Shown here one piece after another: positions 1-9,538 of a stretch of DNA of 64,000 bases (its first letter is position 1; each line of letters starts with the position of its first letter). Where the stretch lies: positions 2,688,001 to 2,752,000 of the forward strand of contig OZ251459.1 in assembly GCA_965242525.1 (NCBI GenBank), written 5' to 3'. The translations under genes were made by a program, and so were the position numbers. This DNA is from an uncultured Candidatus Binatia bacterium. Lineage in GTDB: Bacteria; Desulfobacterota; Binatia; UBA9968; JAJDTQ01. A model generated the notes under the pieces. It was not told where the DNA came from. It made no database searches and worked only from the letters and a program-made list of their open reading frames with translations.

Positions 1-83
1 TCGAAGCGGACATCATCGGAAAGTACGTCCTCCGGTTCGCCGATGCCTACCGCAAGACGCCGCGCAAGCCCGGCCCCGAGTGA
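1..83 (+). CDS. ribE: Riboflavin synthase (alpha chain), C-terminal fragment (partial, runs off window start)
   Basis: Frame from nt 3 reads EADIIGKYVLRFADAY...PE*, matching the (NL)E.DIIGKYV C-terminal motif; lies upstream of ribBA-ribH-nusB. Confidence 0.8.
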   Translation, partial: EADIIGKYVLRFADAYRKTPRKPGPE

Positions 84-107
84 CGCCCGCGCGGCGCGGC
101 ACACGAC

Positions 108-1331
108 ATGTCCCTGAGCCCCATCGAAACCGTTCGGGAAGAGCTTCTCCATGGCCGCCCGATCCTGCTGGCGGAGGAGGAAAGCGACCACGGCGCGGGC
201 TTCGTCTGCATGGCCGCGGAAAAGGTGACCCCGGAGCACGTCAACTTCATGACGCGCCATGCCGGAGGCGTACTCTACCTGGCGCTGGAAGCCCCCCGGG
301 TCCGGGAGCTGGGCTTCTGCGTGGACGCGGCTGCGAGCATCCTCCCGGGACAGGCCCCGGTCGGGGCGCCCGTGGGAGCCAACTCGGTGCTGGGCCTGGA
401 GGTCTCGGCCGCGGGCAGGGCCCATACCATCCGGACGGCCGCCAAGCCGGACGCGGAGCCCCGGGACTTCGTGACCCCGGGCAACGTGCTGCCGCTCCAG
501 GCCAGCAAGGGAGGCGTGCTGGTCAAGGCGGGACCGGCGGAGGCCGCGGTGGACCTCGCGTCCCTCTGCGGCCTGCAACCGGTTGCGGCGATCTGCCAGG
601 TGCTGAGCGAGGACGGCGCCGTCGCCGCGGGCGCCGAGCTGAAGGCATTCGCCGAGCGCCACGACCTGCGGATGGCGTCGGTGGTGGACTTGGTGGCGTC
701 CCGGCTCCGCAACGAAGCCACCATACGGAAGGTGTGGCAGGAAGACTTCCCGACCATCCACGGCAAGTCCTTCAAGGCGATACTCTACCGGACCAACCTC
801 GACCCGTTCGAGCACATGGCCCTGGTGAAGGGCGAGGTCGAGGCCCGGGACGACGTGCTGGTGCGGGTGCATTCGGAGTGCCTTACGGGGGACGTGTTCT
901 CGTCCGAACGGTGCGATTGCGGCGAACAGTTGCGGGCGGCCATACGGATCATCGACAGGGAAGAGTGCGGCGTCATCGTCTATATGCACCAGGAGGGCCG
1001 CGGTATCGGCCTGACCAACAAGATCAAGGCATACGCGCTGCAGGACCGGGGGCGCGACACGGTGGAGGCGAACCTGGACCTGGGGTTCGAAGTCGATCTG
1101 AGGGACTACGGGGTGGCGGCCGAGATACTGCGGCACCTGGGGATCCGGCGGCTGCGCCTGTTGACCAACAACCCGCGCAAGATCGTCAGCCTGGAGGGTT
1201 ACGGCATATCCGTGAGCCAGAGGGTCCCCCTGGAGGTGGAGCCCCGCGGCCGCAACGCCGGTTACCTGCGGACCAAGCGCGACAAGCTCGGGCACCTGCT
1301 GTCCCGGGTCCGGGACGAGACTGCCCGCTGA
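108..1331 (+). CDS. ribBA: Bifunctional DHBP synthase / GTP cyclohydrolase II (RibBA); DHBP synthase half appears degenerate
   Basis: C-terminal half has RVHSECLTGD, RCDCGEQL, QEGRGIGL, DLRDY and LTNNPRK. N-terminal half follows the RibB layout but lacks its catalytic motifs. Confidence 0.9.
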   Translation: MSLSPIETVREELLHGRPILLAEEESDHGAGFVCMAAEKVTPEHVNFMTRHAGGVLYLALEAPRVRELGFCVDAAASILPGQAPVGAPVGANSVLGLEVSAAGRAHTIRTAAKPDAEPRDFVTPGNVLPLQASKGGVLVKAGPAEAAVDLASLCGLQPVAAICQVLSEDGAVAAGAELKAFAERHDLRMASVVDLVASRLRNEATIRKVWQEDFPTIHGKSFKAILYRTNLDPFEHMALVKGEVEARDDVLVRVHSECLTGDVFSSERCDCGEQLRAAIRIIDREECGVIVYMHQEGRGIGLTNKIKAYALQDRGRDTVEANLDLGFEVDLRDYGVAAEILRHLGIRRLRLLTNNPRKIVSLEGYGISVSQRVPLEVEPRGRNAGYLRTKRDKLGHLLSRVRDETAR

Positions 1332-1342
1332 GGGCGCCGGCC

Positions 1343-1807
1343 ATGGAAGTGATCGAAGGGAAACTGGACGCCGCGGCCATGCGCTTCGGCATCATCGCCA
1401 GCCGCTTCAACGGCTTCATTACCGAACGGCTCCTGGACGGGGCCGCCAACGCCCTGAAGCGGCACGGCGCGGGCGACGACGCCGTGGACGTGGTATGGGT
1501 CCCGGGCGCGTTCGAGATCTCCTTCTGCGCCCACAAGATGGCGGCCAGCGGCAAGTACGACGCGCTCATCTGCCTCGGCGCGGTCATCCGCGGCGAGACG
1601 CCCCACTTCGACTACATCTGCGCCGCGGCCTCCCGGGGGGTGGGCGACGCCATGGACCGGTACGGCGTTCCCATCGCCTTCGGCCTGCTGACCACCAACA
1701 CGGTGGAGCAGGCGGTGGACCGCGCCGGGGCGAAGATGGGCAACAAGGGGTTCGAGGCCGCGGTCACCGCCATCGAGATGGCGAACTTGAGCAGAGATCT
1801 GGGGTGA
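1343..1807 (+). CDS. ribH: 6,7-dimethyl-8-ribityllumazine synthase
   Basis: MEVIEGKL..., SRFN, VPGAFEI, LGAVIRGETPHFDYI, GAKMGNKG. ATG at 1343 within the 80..1807 ORF. Confidence 0.95.
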   Translation: MEVIEGKLDAAAMRFGIIASRFNGFITERLLDGAANALKRHGAGDDAVDVVWVPGAFEISFCAHKMAASGKYDALICLGAVIRGETPHFDYICAAASRGVGDAMDRYGVPIAFGLLTTNTVEQAVDRAGAKMGNKGFEAAVTAIEMANLSRDLG

Positions 1808-1867
1808 CCTCCGGGCGCGGTCCCAGCGGGCGGGCCACGGCCGGGCGCCGGGTTCCGTCTCCAGCCG

Positions 1868-2302
1868 ATGATGGGTATTCGCCGCAAGGCCAGGGAGCTG
1901 GCGCTGCAGGTCCTCTACCAGATGGAGGTCACGCATGACCCGTCTCCCGCCGGTCCGGACAGTTTCTGGGGCCACTTCCCGTCGCGCCCGGCCTCCCGGG
2001 ACTTCGCCCAGCGCCTGATCGCCGGAACCGTGGAGCACCGGGCGGAGATCGACGGGTTCCTCACGGACGCGGTGGAGAACTGGAGGCTCGACCGCATGCC
2101 CAAGGTCGATCTGATCATCCTTCGGCTCGCCACCTACGAGCTGGTCTATTGCCCGGACATTCCCTTGAACGTCAGCATCGACGAAGCCATCGAGATCGGC
2201 AACCGCTACGGGTCGGACGACTCCCCCACGTTCATCAACGGGGTGCTCGACCAGGTGGCGCATGCCAACGGACTCGAGGAGAGCGAGCGGCCGGAGCCAT
2301 GA
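1868..2302 (+). CDS. nusB: Transcription antitermination factor NusB
   Basis: [28 protein letters not shown]; follows ribH. Confidence 0.95.
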   Translation: MMGIRRKARELALQVLYQMEVTHDPSPAGPDSFWGHFPSRPASRDFAQRLIAGTVEHRAEIDGFLTDAVENWRLDRMPKVDLIILRLATYELVYCPDIPLNVSIDEAIEIGNRYGSDDSPTFINGVLDQVAHANGLEESERPEP

Positions 2303-4788
2303 TGGAGAAGTACGAGTTCTGGAATATCGAGGCCAAATGGCAGGGCGAGTGGGAGCGGAGCGAGAGCTTCCGGGTGGACGAGTCCTCGCCCCTGCCCAAG
2401 TACTACCTGCTGGAGATGTTCCCCTATCCGTCGGGCCGGATCCACATGGGGCACGTGCGGAACTATTCCATCGGGGACGTGATCGCGCGCTACAAGCGCA
2501 TGCGCGGGTTCAACGTCCTGCACCCCATGGGCTGGGACGCCTTCGGCCTGCCCGCGGAGAACGCCGCCATCGCCAACAAGGTCCATCCCGCCCGCTGGAC
2601 CGTGGAGAACATCGACTACATGCGGACCCAGCTCAAGCAGATGGGCTTCAGCTACGACTGGGCCCGGGAGCTGGCCACGTCGGACGCCGGCTACTACCGC
2701 TGGGAACAGTCGTTCTTCCTGGAGATGCTCGAGCGGGGGCTGGCGTACCGGAAGAGCGCGTCGGTCAACTGGTGCACCGGCTGCGAGACCGTCCTGGCCA
2801 ACGAGCAGGTGCAGGAGGGCCGCTGTTGGCGCTGCGAGCATGAGGTCCTCATGCGCGAGTTGCCCCAGTGGTTCTTCCGCATCACGGCCTACGCCGAGGA
2901 GTTGCTGGCGGCCTGCGACGAGCTCCGGGGATGGCCCGACAAGGTGCTCACCATGCAGCGCAACTGGATCGGGAAGTCCATCGGGGCCGAGATCCGCTTC
3001 CCCCTGGCGGACCGGGACGACGCCCTCACCGTCTTCACCACCCGGCAGGACACGGTTTACGGCGCCACCTTCGTCTCCCTGGCCGCGGAGCATCCCATGG
3101 TTTCGGAGCTTTCCGAGGGGACGCCGCAGCGACAGGCGGTCCGGGAGTTCACCCGGCAGGTGCAGCGCATCAGCCATTCCCGGCGCGGCGACGTGGGGAC
3201 GGAGAAGGAGGGCGTCTTCACCGGCTCGTTCTGCCACAATCCGTTCACCGGGGAGAAGATCCCCATCTACGTGGCGAACTTCGTGCTGATGGAATACGGC
3301 ACCGGCGCGGTCATGGCGGTGCCGGCCCACGACCAGCGGGACTTCGAGTTCGCGGTGAAGTACCACCTGCCGGTGCGGCCGGTGATCCATCCCCCCGGCG
3401 CGACCCTGACGGCCGGGGACATGGCCGAAGCCTACACCGCCGACGGGGTGATGGCCGACAGCGGCGAATTCAGCGGCCTGGGCAGCGAGGAAGGCAGGGC
3501 CCGGATCGCCGCGTTCCTCGAGGAACGGGGCTGGGGCAAGGGCACGGTGCGCTACCGGCTGCGGGACTGGGGCATCTCCCGCCAGCGCTACTGGGGGGCG
3601 CCCATCCCCGTGGTCTATTGCGACCGCTGCGGCCTCGTGCCCGTGCCTCGGGAGGAGTTGCCGGTGCGGCTGCCCACCAACGTGGAGTTCACCGGCGCGG
3701 GGGGCTCGCCGCTGGCGAGCCTGCCGGAGTTCCGCGACGCCGCCTGTCCCGCGTGCCGCGGGCCCGCCCGTCGGGAGACCGACACCATGGACACCTTCGT
3801 GGAGTCGTCGTGGTACTTCGCGCGCTACGCCTGCCCGGACGAGGACCGCCGCCCGCTGGACACGGAACGCACGGCCTACTGGATGGCGGTGGACCAGTAC
3901 GTGGGAGGGGTCGAGCACGCGGTGCTGCACCTGCTCTACGCCCGCTTCTTCACCCGCGTCCTGCGGGACCTGGGCTGGCTTTCGGTGTCCGAGCCCTTCG
4001 CCAACCTCCTGACCCAGGGCATGGTCATCAAGGACGGCGCCAAGATGTCCAAGTCCAAGATGAACGTGGTGGATCCGGACGAACTCATCCACCGCTATGG
4101 CGCGGACACCGCGCGCCTGTTCACCCTGTTCGCGGCGCCGCCGGAGAAGGACCTGGACTGGAGCGACCAGGGAGTCGAGGGGTCCCACCGTTTCCTGAAC
4201 CGGGTGTGGCGCTTCGCCATGCGCCATCGCGAGCGCCTGGCGGGCGTGGCCGCGGACTCGGGTGGAGCGCCGTCTTCGAGCGGCCTCGAGGAACTGCGCC
4301 GGCGGATCCACTGGACCGTCAAGAAGGTCACCGAGGACATCGAGACCCGGTTCCACTTCAACACCGCCATCGCGGCCATCATGGAGCTCCACAACGCGTT
4401 GGGTTCCGTGGCTCCGGAGGACCTGGATCGAGCGGACGGAGCCGCCCTGATCAAGGCCGCCCTGGAGACCGAGATCGTCCTCCTCTCGCCCTTCGTGCCG
4501 CACATCGCCAGCGAGTTGTGGGAGCGGCTGGGCCACTCGGAACCCCTGGCGGACATGGGCTGGCCGGAGTACTCCGAGGAGGCGCTGGCCCGGGAGAACC
4601 GCCTCATCGTCGTCCAGGTGAACGGCAAGCTGCGCGGGAAGGTCGCGGTGCCGACCGACGCTCCCCCGGAGCACGTGGAATCCGCGGCCCTGGCCGACCC
4701 GAAGGTGGCGGCCTTCCTCGACGGCCGTCCGGTCAGGCGGGTGGTGCAGGTGCCCGGCCGGCTCGTCAACATCGTGCTGGAGGGATGA
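2299..4788 (+). CDS. leuS: Leucine--tRNA ligase
   Basis: [13 protein letters not shown] (HIGH motif), [20 protein letters not shown] editing domain. ATG overlaps the nusB stop. Confidence 0.97.
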   Translation: MMEKYEFWNIEAKWQGEWERSESFRVDESSPLPKYYLLEMFPYPSGRIHMGHVRNYSIGDVIARYKRMRGFNVLHPMGWDAFGLPAENAAIANKVHPARWTVENIDYMRTQLKQMGFSYDWARELATSDAGYYRWEQSFFLEMLERGLAYRKSASVNWCTGCETVLANEQVQEGRCWRCEHEVLMRELPQWFFRITAYAEELLAACDELRGWPDKVLTMQRNWIGKSIGAEIRFPLADRDDALTVFTTRQDTVYGATFVSLAAEHPMVSELSEGTPQRQAVREFTRQVQRISHSRRGDVGTEKEGVFTGSFCHNPFTGEKIPIYVANFVLMEYGTGAVMAVPAHDQRDFEFAVKYHLPVRPVIHPPGATLTAGDMAEAYTADGVMADSGEFSGLGSEEGRARIAAFLEERGWGKGTVRYRLRDWGISRQRYWGAPIPVVYCDRCGLVPVPREELPVRLPTNVEFTGAGGSPLASLPEFRDAACPACRGPARRETDTMDTFVESSWYFARYACPDEDRRPLDTERTAYWMAVDQYVGGVEHAVLHLLYARFFTRVLRDLGWLSVSEPFANLLTQGMVIKDGAKMSKSKMNVVDPDELIHRYGADTARLFTLFAAPPEKDLDWSDQGVEGSHRFLNRVWRFAMRHRERLAGVAADSGGAPSSSGLEELRRRIHWTVKKVTEDIETRFHFNTAIAAIMELHNALGSVAPEDLDRADGAALIKAALETEIVLLSPFVPHIASELWERLGHSEPLADMGWPEYSEEALARENRLIVVQVNGKLRGKVAVPTDAPPEHVESAALADPKVAAFLDGRPVRRVVQVPGRLVNIVLEG

Positions 4789-4809
4789 ACCCTGGTCCGG
4801 CGACCGGTC

Positions 4810-5397
4810 TTGCCGGCGGTCCTCTCGGTCTCCGTGGGCCTGGCGCTGCTGACGGGCGCCTGCGGCTACCGCTTCACCGGCTCGCACACGGGGCTTCCGG
4901 CCGACGTGCGGACGGTCTTCGTGGAGACCTTCCTCAACCGGACCCGGGAGGTGGGCCTGGAGGACCGCTTGGCCGCGGCCTTGCGCAGGGAGTTGGCGAG
5001 CCGGGAATCGCCGCGGTTGGTGGAACGGTTCGAGGACGCGGACGCGGTGCTTTCCGGGGTCGTCCGGTATTACGGGGTCGGGGACGCGTCGGTCAACCGG
5101 TTCGACCAGGCGCTGGAGTGGGAGGCCCGGATGGACGTGGAGGCGACGCTCCGGCGCAGGCGGTCGAAGGAGGTGCTGTGGCCCCGGCGCGTGATGCGGC
5201 TCCGGGAGGTTTACGCGGCTGCCCGCGGGGCGGTGGTTCCCACTTCCTCCGGGTTCTCCCGGGACACGCTGGACATGAGGGACGTGGGCCGGTTGACGGA
5301 CGCCAGGTTGGCGGAAGACTCCCGCAGGGGAGCCAGGGAACGGCTGCTCGAAAGGTTCGCCCGGTCCATACGGGAGCGGATGGCGGAGGGGTTCTGA
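4810..5397 (+). CDS. lptE: LptE-family LPS-assembly lipoprotein (true start probably ATG 4785 with a 1-nt indel)
   Basis: Lipobox-like LTGA-CGYRF, V..F.NRT motif, position directly after leuS. Confidence 0.75.
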   Translation: MPAVLSVSVGLALLTGACGYRFTGSHTGLPADVRTVFVETFLNRTREVGLEDRLAAALRRELASRESPRLVERFEDADAVLSGVVRYYGVGDASVNRFDQALEWEARMDVEATLRRRRSKEVLWPRRVMRLREVYAAARGAVVPTSSGFSRDTLDMRDVGRLTDARLAEDSRRGARERLLERFARSIRERMAEGF

Positions 5398-5427
5398 CGG
5401 AGCGCGCCGACCCGGGCGCGGTTCGCG

Positions 5428-5730
5428 CTACGCGGGCTGCTCTGCTTCGGCGGAGGTCCGGGACGAGGCCCGGGCCAGGTATGCGGCCTTGGACAGGCGG
5501 GCCAGCTTCCTCGACGCGGTGTTGCGCTTGAGGACTCCCTTGGTCACGGCCTTGTCCAGCATCCGGTTGACTTCCCGGATCTTCCGTTCGATGGCTTCCG
5601 GGTCGCGGCTCTCGATGGCCGCCCTGACCTTCTTGACCAGGGTCCGGACGCTGGACCGGACCGCTTGGTTGCGCTCGCGGCGCCGGACGCTCTGGTTGTG
5701 CCGCTTGATGGCCGATTTGTGGTTCGCCAA
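5428..5730 (-). CDS. rpsT: 30S ribosomal protein S20
   Basis: MANHKSAIKR, KGVLKRNTASRK. Confidence 0.97.
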   Translation of the reverse strand: MANHKSAIKRHNQSVRRRERNQAVRSSVRTLVKKVRAAIESRDPEAIERKIREVNRMLDKAVTKGVLKRNTASRKLARLSKAAYLARASSRTSAEAEQPA

Positions 5731-5784
5731 GAGCTACCTCCCGAAAGCCCGTCAACTTAGCACCGCTTGCGCGAGGAGTCAACG

Positions 5785-7449
5785 GTGAGCGAGCTCCGCA
5801 AGGTAGCCAGGGCAACGGGCGTGGTCGGCTCCATGACCCTCCTGAGCCGCGTTTCCGGCCTCGCCCGGGACATCGCCATCGGGTATCTCCTGGGAGCCCG
5901 AAGCGCCGCGGACGCGTTCTTCGTCGCCTTCCGGATACCGAACCTGTTGCGGCGCCTCACCGCGGAAGGCGCCCTGTCCGCGGGGTTCGTTCCGGTGGTC
6001 TCCGGTTGCCTGGCCACCCGAGGCCGCGGGGCCGCGGTGGAGGCCAGCCGCGTGATCGTGACCTTCGCGGTCCTGTTCCTCGTCCTGCTGACCGCGGTGG
6101 GCGTGCTCTTCCCGTCTCCGCTCACGCGGCTGTTCGCGCCGGGGTTCTCCGCGACGCCGGAGCGGTTCTCCCTCACCGTGCAGCTCCTTCGGATCATGTT
6201 CCCCAGCATCTTCTTCGTCAGCCTCCTGGCCCTCGCCATGGGCTACCTGAACACCTTCGGCCACTTCATGGCGCCGTCCGTGGCGCCGGTGCTGCTGAAC
6301 CTGTCCATCATCGCCTCCGCGGTCCTCCTCGTTCCGCTGCTGTCCGAACCGGTCCTGAGCCTGGCCTACGGGGTCCTGCTGGGCAGCGTGGCGCAACTCC
6401 TCTTGCAGCTCCCCTTCCTGCGCCGCCACGGGTTCTCCTGGCGGCCGAGCCTGGACTTTCGCAGCGAGGCGATGCGCCGGTTCCTGCGGCTCATCGGTCC
6501 TGCGGTCATCGGCGCCGCGGTGTATCAACTGAACGTCCTGGTGAGCACGGTCCTGGCTTCGTTGCTGGAGCCGGGCAGCGTCTCCTACCTCTACTATGCC
6601 GACCGCTTGGCGCAGTTCCCCCTGGGGGTCTTCGCCGTGGCCCTGGGCACCGCGGCGCTGCCGAGTTTCTCGTCGTTGGCGGCGCGCGGCGACATGCCCG
6701 GGTTGAAGACGACCCTGGGCTACTCGCTGCGGATGGTGAACTTCGTCTCGCTCCCCTCGGCCCTGGGGTTGATGGTGGTGGCCGTGCCCGCGTTCTCGCT
6801 GCTCTTCCTGCGGGGCGCCTTCGACGCCGCGGACGTGCTCGCCAGCGCCCGCGCCCTGGTGTTCCTTGCCCTGGGGTTGTGGGCGGTTTCCGGCAGCCGC
6901 GTCCTGGTGGCCCTGTTCCATGCCATGCAGGACACCCGGACCCCGGTCCGGGTGGCTTTCTGGAGCTTCGCGCTGAACCTGTTCCTGAGCCTGCTGCTGA
7001 TCGGCCCGGTGGCCGCGGGACCGGGGGACAACCCGTTCGTGCTGGCGGTGGCCGCGGTCAGCCATGGCGTCGGCCTGCTCAGCCTTTCCTACGTGGGCCT
7101 GGCCCTCGCCAACTCGTTGTCCGCGACCTTCCAGTTCACGGTGCTCCTGTGGCTCGTCACCCGCCGCCTGGGGGGGTTCGCCTGGAAGGAGTACCTGTCG
7201 TCGCTCGGGCGCAACCTCACCGCGGCCGCGGTGATGGCGGGTCCCCTGTTCCTGATGGCCGGACGCATGCAGTGGGACCCCCGCACCGGCGCATTGTCCA
7301 TGCAGGCGCTGGGCTTCCTCGCCCTGGTGGCGGGCGGAACGGCGCTCTACGCGCTGGCTGTCAGGTGGTTGCGAAGCCCGGATTGGCCGTTGGCGCGGGA
7401 AATGGGAGCCGCCCTCCTGGAGCGGCTCCCACGCTTGACGAAAAAGTGA
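5785..7449 (+). CDS. murJ: Lipid II flippase MurJ (MviN)
   Basis: SRVSGLARD, DAFFVAFRIPNLLRRL.AEGA, YYADRL.QFPLG, DTRTPV; GTG at 5785 after a GAGGAG RBS. Confidence 0.95.
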   Translation: MSELRKVARATGVVGSMTLLSRVSGLARDIAIGYLLGARSAADAFFVAFRIPNLLRRLTAEGALSAGFVPVVSGCLATRGRGAAVEASRVIVTFAVLFLVLLTAVGVLFPSPLTRLFAPGFSATPERFSLTVQLLRIMFPSIFFVSLLALAMGYLNTFGHFMAPSVAPVLLNLSIIASAVLLVPLLSEPVLSLAYGVLLGSVAQLLLQLPFLRRHGFSWRPSLDFRSEAMRRFLRLIGPAVIGAAVYQLNVLVSTVLASLLEPGSVSYLYYADRLAQFPLGVFAVALGTAALPSFSSLAARGDMPGLKTTLGYSLRMVNFVSLPSALGLMVVAVPAFSLLFLRGAFDAADVLASARALVFLALGLWAVSGSRVLVALFHAMQDTRTPVRVAFWSFALNLFLSLLLIGPVAAGPGDNPFVLAVAAVSHGVGLLSLSYVGLALANSLSATFQFTVLLWLVTRRLGGFAWKEYLSSLGRNLTAAAVMAGPLFLMAGRMQWDPRTGALSMQALGFLALVAGGTALYALAVRWLRSPDWPLAREMGAALLERLPRLTKK

Positions 7450-7512
7450 CCCGGGACGGGGTGATGACTTGATACAGGCGACCCCAGGTCACCGGGATGG
7501 CGGCGTCGGACG

Positions 7513-7869
7513 CTATTTCCGCATGGTCTTTTCGAACATGGCCGCTGCCCTGGCCGCGGCGCGTTCGGCTCTTTCCGCGGCGCGTTCGGCGCGTCCGGCA
7601 GCGGCGTCGGCCCTGCCGACTGCGGCGTCTGCGCTACTCGCGGCGTCTGCGGCGCGTCCGGCAGCGGCGTCCGCTTTGCCCGCGGCGTCTTCAGCGCGTC
7701 CGGCGGCGGCGTTGGCCTTGCCGGCCGCATCGTTGACCGCCTGGGCGTCGGCCTTGTACGCGGGGTGCTGGTGATCGACCACTGAACAACCGCTACCCAG
7801 CAGGGCGAGAACCCCCAGGCAAACGGCCGCCCTTCCCATGTTCCTCATGTATCTCGACGACTGCTTCAC
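7513..7869 (-). CDS. Alanine-zipper lipoprotein (Lpp/OprI-like)
   Basis: Signal peptide with lipobox-like LGSG-C, heptad Ala repeats (A.xAAGRA), C-terminal MFEKTMRK. Confidence 0.75.
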   Translation of the reverse strand: MKQSSRYMRNMGRAAVCLGVLALLGSGCSVVDHQHPAYKADAQAVNDAAGKANAAAGRAEDAAGKADAAAGRAADAASSADAAVGRADAAAGRAERAAERAERAAARAAAMFEKTMRK

Positions 7870-8045
7870 AGTAAGCCTCCTTCCGTGGCTCTGGTTTCTC
7901 GAATCGCGCGGGCGCCGCTGATTCTGCTGGTCAGGAAAAGTTACAAGCTCTTACCTTATAGCCTTATTCGTGCGCAAGAGCAAGGGACGCGACGGTTCCC
8001 GCCGGAATCCGCGGCCCGTCGCAGTGAGCGGCCGGATCTGCTAAA

Positions 8046-8236
8046 GGAAACTCGGGACAATCCCGGAGGAAGAGCGCGTCCTTCGACTTCGCTTCGCTAC
8101 GCTCAGGACGAACGGGGACGGGAAGGTCGCGCGAGGGAATACCCAGCGGGGGTTCCTGCCTCCCTCAGGATGTTTCGGACAGGAAGGTCGCGCGAGGGAG
8201 CGCCCCTCGTCCACGGCTCGATTGTCCGGGGTTTCC
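8046..8236 (+). mobile_element. MITE-like element copy A (about 17-bp TIRs, REP-like core at 8074-8117)
   Basis: Ends GGAAACTCGGGACAATC ... GATTGTCCGGGGTTTCC are near-perfect inverted repeats; core GCGCGTCCTTCGACTTCGCTTCGCTACGCTCAGGACGAACGGGG. Confidence 0.7.
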
Positions 8237-8313
8237 TGGGGATGGAAATGGCCGGCCGCGGGTTCCCGCCGTCGGTCCGCGGCCCTTGGCCTCCGTCTCC
8301 CTGCTCGACCACC

Positions 8314-9039
8314 ATGACCGCGATCCTCCCGAAGCTCACCCGCGAGATGGAAAGGGTGCGTTCGTGCCTGATTCGGTCCCTGGCCGCGGTGCTGGCGCTG
8401 TTCGCCGGAGGACTGTTTCTCGCCCCGCAACTCTTCGAGGTGCTGGTGGAGCCCCTGAAGAGCCGGCTTCCGCCGGGGCAGAGCCTGATCGGTACGGGAG
8501 TGGCGGAGGTCTTCTTCGTCGAGATCAAGGTGGCTTTCCTCGCGGCCGTCCTGGCGGGAAGCCCGGCCATCTTCTACCAGGTATGGCGTATCCTGGCGCC
8601 GACGTTCGGCGCCGAAGGCAGGAAAGCCCTTCTGGTGGGCTTCGTCGGCGCCGCTTCGCTGTTCTTCGTGTCGGGCGCGGTGTTCTGCTACCGGAACGTG
8701 CTGCCCCTGGCGTTCCTGTATTTCCTGGACCAGTACGGCGCGCTCGGGGTCAGCCCGGAAATCCGCGTGTCGGAGTATTTCTCCTTCTTCTGCCGCATCG
8801 TCGTCGCCTTCGGCGTGACGTTCCAACTGCCGGTGCTGACGTTCTTCCTGGCCCGCACCGGGGTGTGGAACCACCGTTTCCTCTGGCATCATTTCCGCTA
8901 CGCCCTGCTGGCGATGTTCGTGCTGGCCGCGGTGCTGACGCCGCCGGACGTGGTCTCGCAACTGCTGTTGGCCGGGCCGCTGATCGTCCTCTACCTGTTG
9001 AGCATCGGAGTGGCCTACCTGGTCGGACGCGGCCGGTAG
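8314..9039 (+). CDS. tatC: Twin-arginine translocase subunit TatC
   Basis: E.FF..IKV, P.IFYQ.W, FGVTFQLP, AAVLTPPDVVSQ; about six TM segments. The ORF extension to 7885 crosses a repeat and is likely spurious. Confidence 0.9.
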   Translation: MTAILPKLTREMERVRSCLIRSLAAVLALFAGGLFLAPQLFEVLVEPLKSRLPPGQSLIGTGVAEVFFVEIKVAFLAAVLAGSPAIFYQVWRILAPTFGAEGRKALLVGFVGAASLFFVSGAVFCYRNVLPLAFLYFLDQYGALGVSPEIRVSEYFSFFCRIVVAFGVTFQLPVLTFFLARTGVWNHRFLWHHFRYALLAMFVLAAVLTPPDVVSQLLLAGPLIVLYLLSIGVAYLVGRGR

Positions 9040-9125
9040 GCCTCGGGACGGCAGGCGGAGTCTCGATGAAACCCTGAACAAGAGCGAAAGGGATCACGCC
9101 ACCATTGCTCCGCAGACGCCCACGA

Positions 9126-9151
9126 TGGATTCCCGCTTTCGCGGGAATGAC
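9126..9151. repeat. dRS3/REP-like palindrome TGGATTCCCGCTTTCGCGGGAATGAC
   Basis: ATTCCC-N8-GGGAAT stem-loop, a widespread intergenic palindromic repeat. Confidence 0.65.
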
Positions 9152-9257
9152 GGGGAGGGGTAGCGTCTGCGACGCCAAACCAGGGACGGCATGGTCGGAA
9201 TGGGAGGGGAGCGGACCTTGTCGTGTGCGTGGGGAGTGTCACAACCCACACGAATTC

Positions 9258-9448
9258 CTGAAGAGCCGACAATCGAGCCGTGGATGGTGGTATTCCCCCA
9301 CGTGACCTTCCTTCTCCTTCAGGCCGCCTATGGGCAGCACGCTGCCCCGGGAGCATTCCCTCGCGTGACCTTCTTTCCCCGTTCGTCCTGAGCGTAGCGT
9401 AGCGAAGTCGAAGGACGCGCTCTTCCTCCGGGATTGTCCCGGGTTTCC
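9258..9448 (-). mobile_element. MITE-like element copy B (inverted relative to copy A)
   Basis: Reverse complement aligns with 8046-8236 along its length, including TIR, REP core and CCACGGCTCGATTGTC end. Confidence 0.7.
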
Positions 9449-9538
9449 TCAAGGGGGTCGGACGGGGACGGGTTGCGGGCCCGTGGACGCCGGGCTTCGG
9501 AGCCCCGGGCCGCGGCCTTGCGGGAACAGGGGCCGGGG

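Noticed and set aside
7885-8313. N-terminal extension of TatC, and similar extensions on ORFs 35784-38267, 62341-63852, 26734-29598 and 58651-61827
   Set aside because: They run through MITE/REP copies or neighbouring genes; better starts exist downstream.
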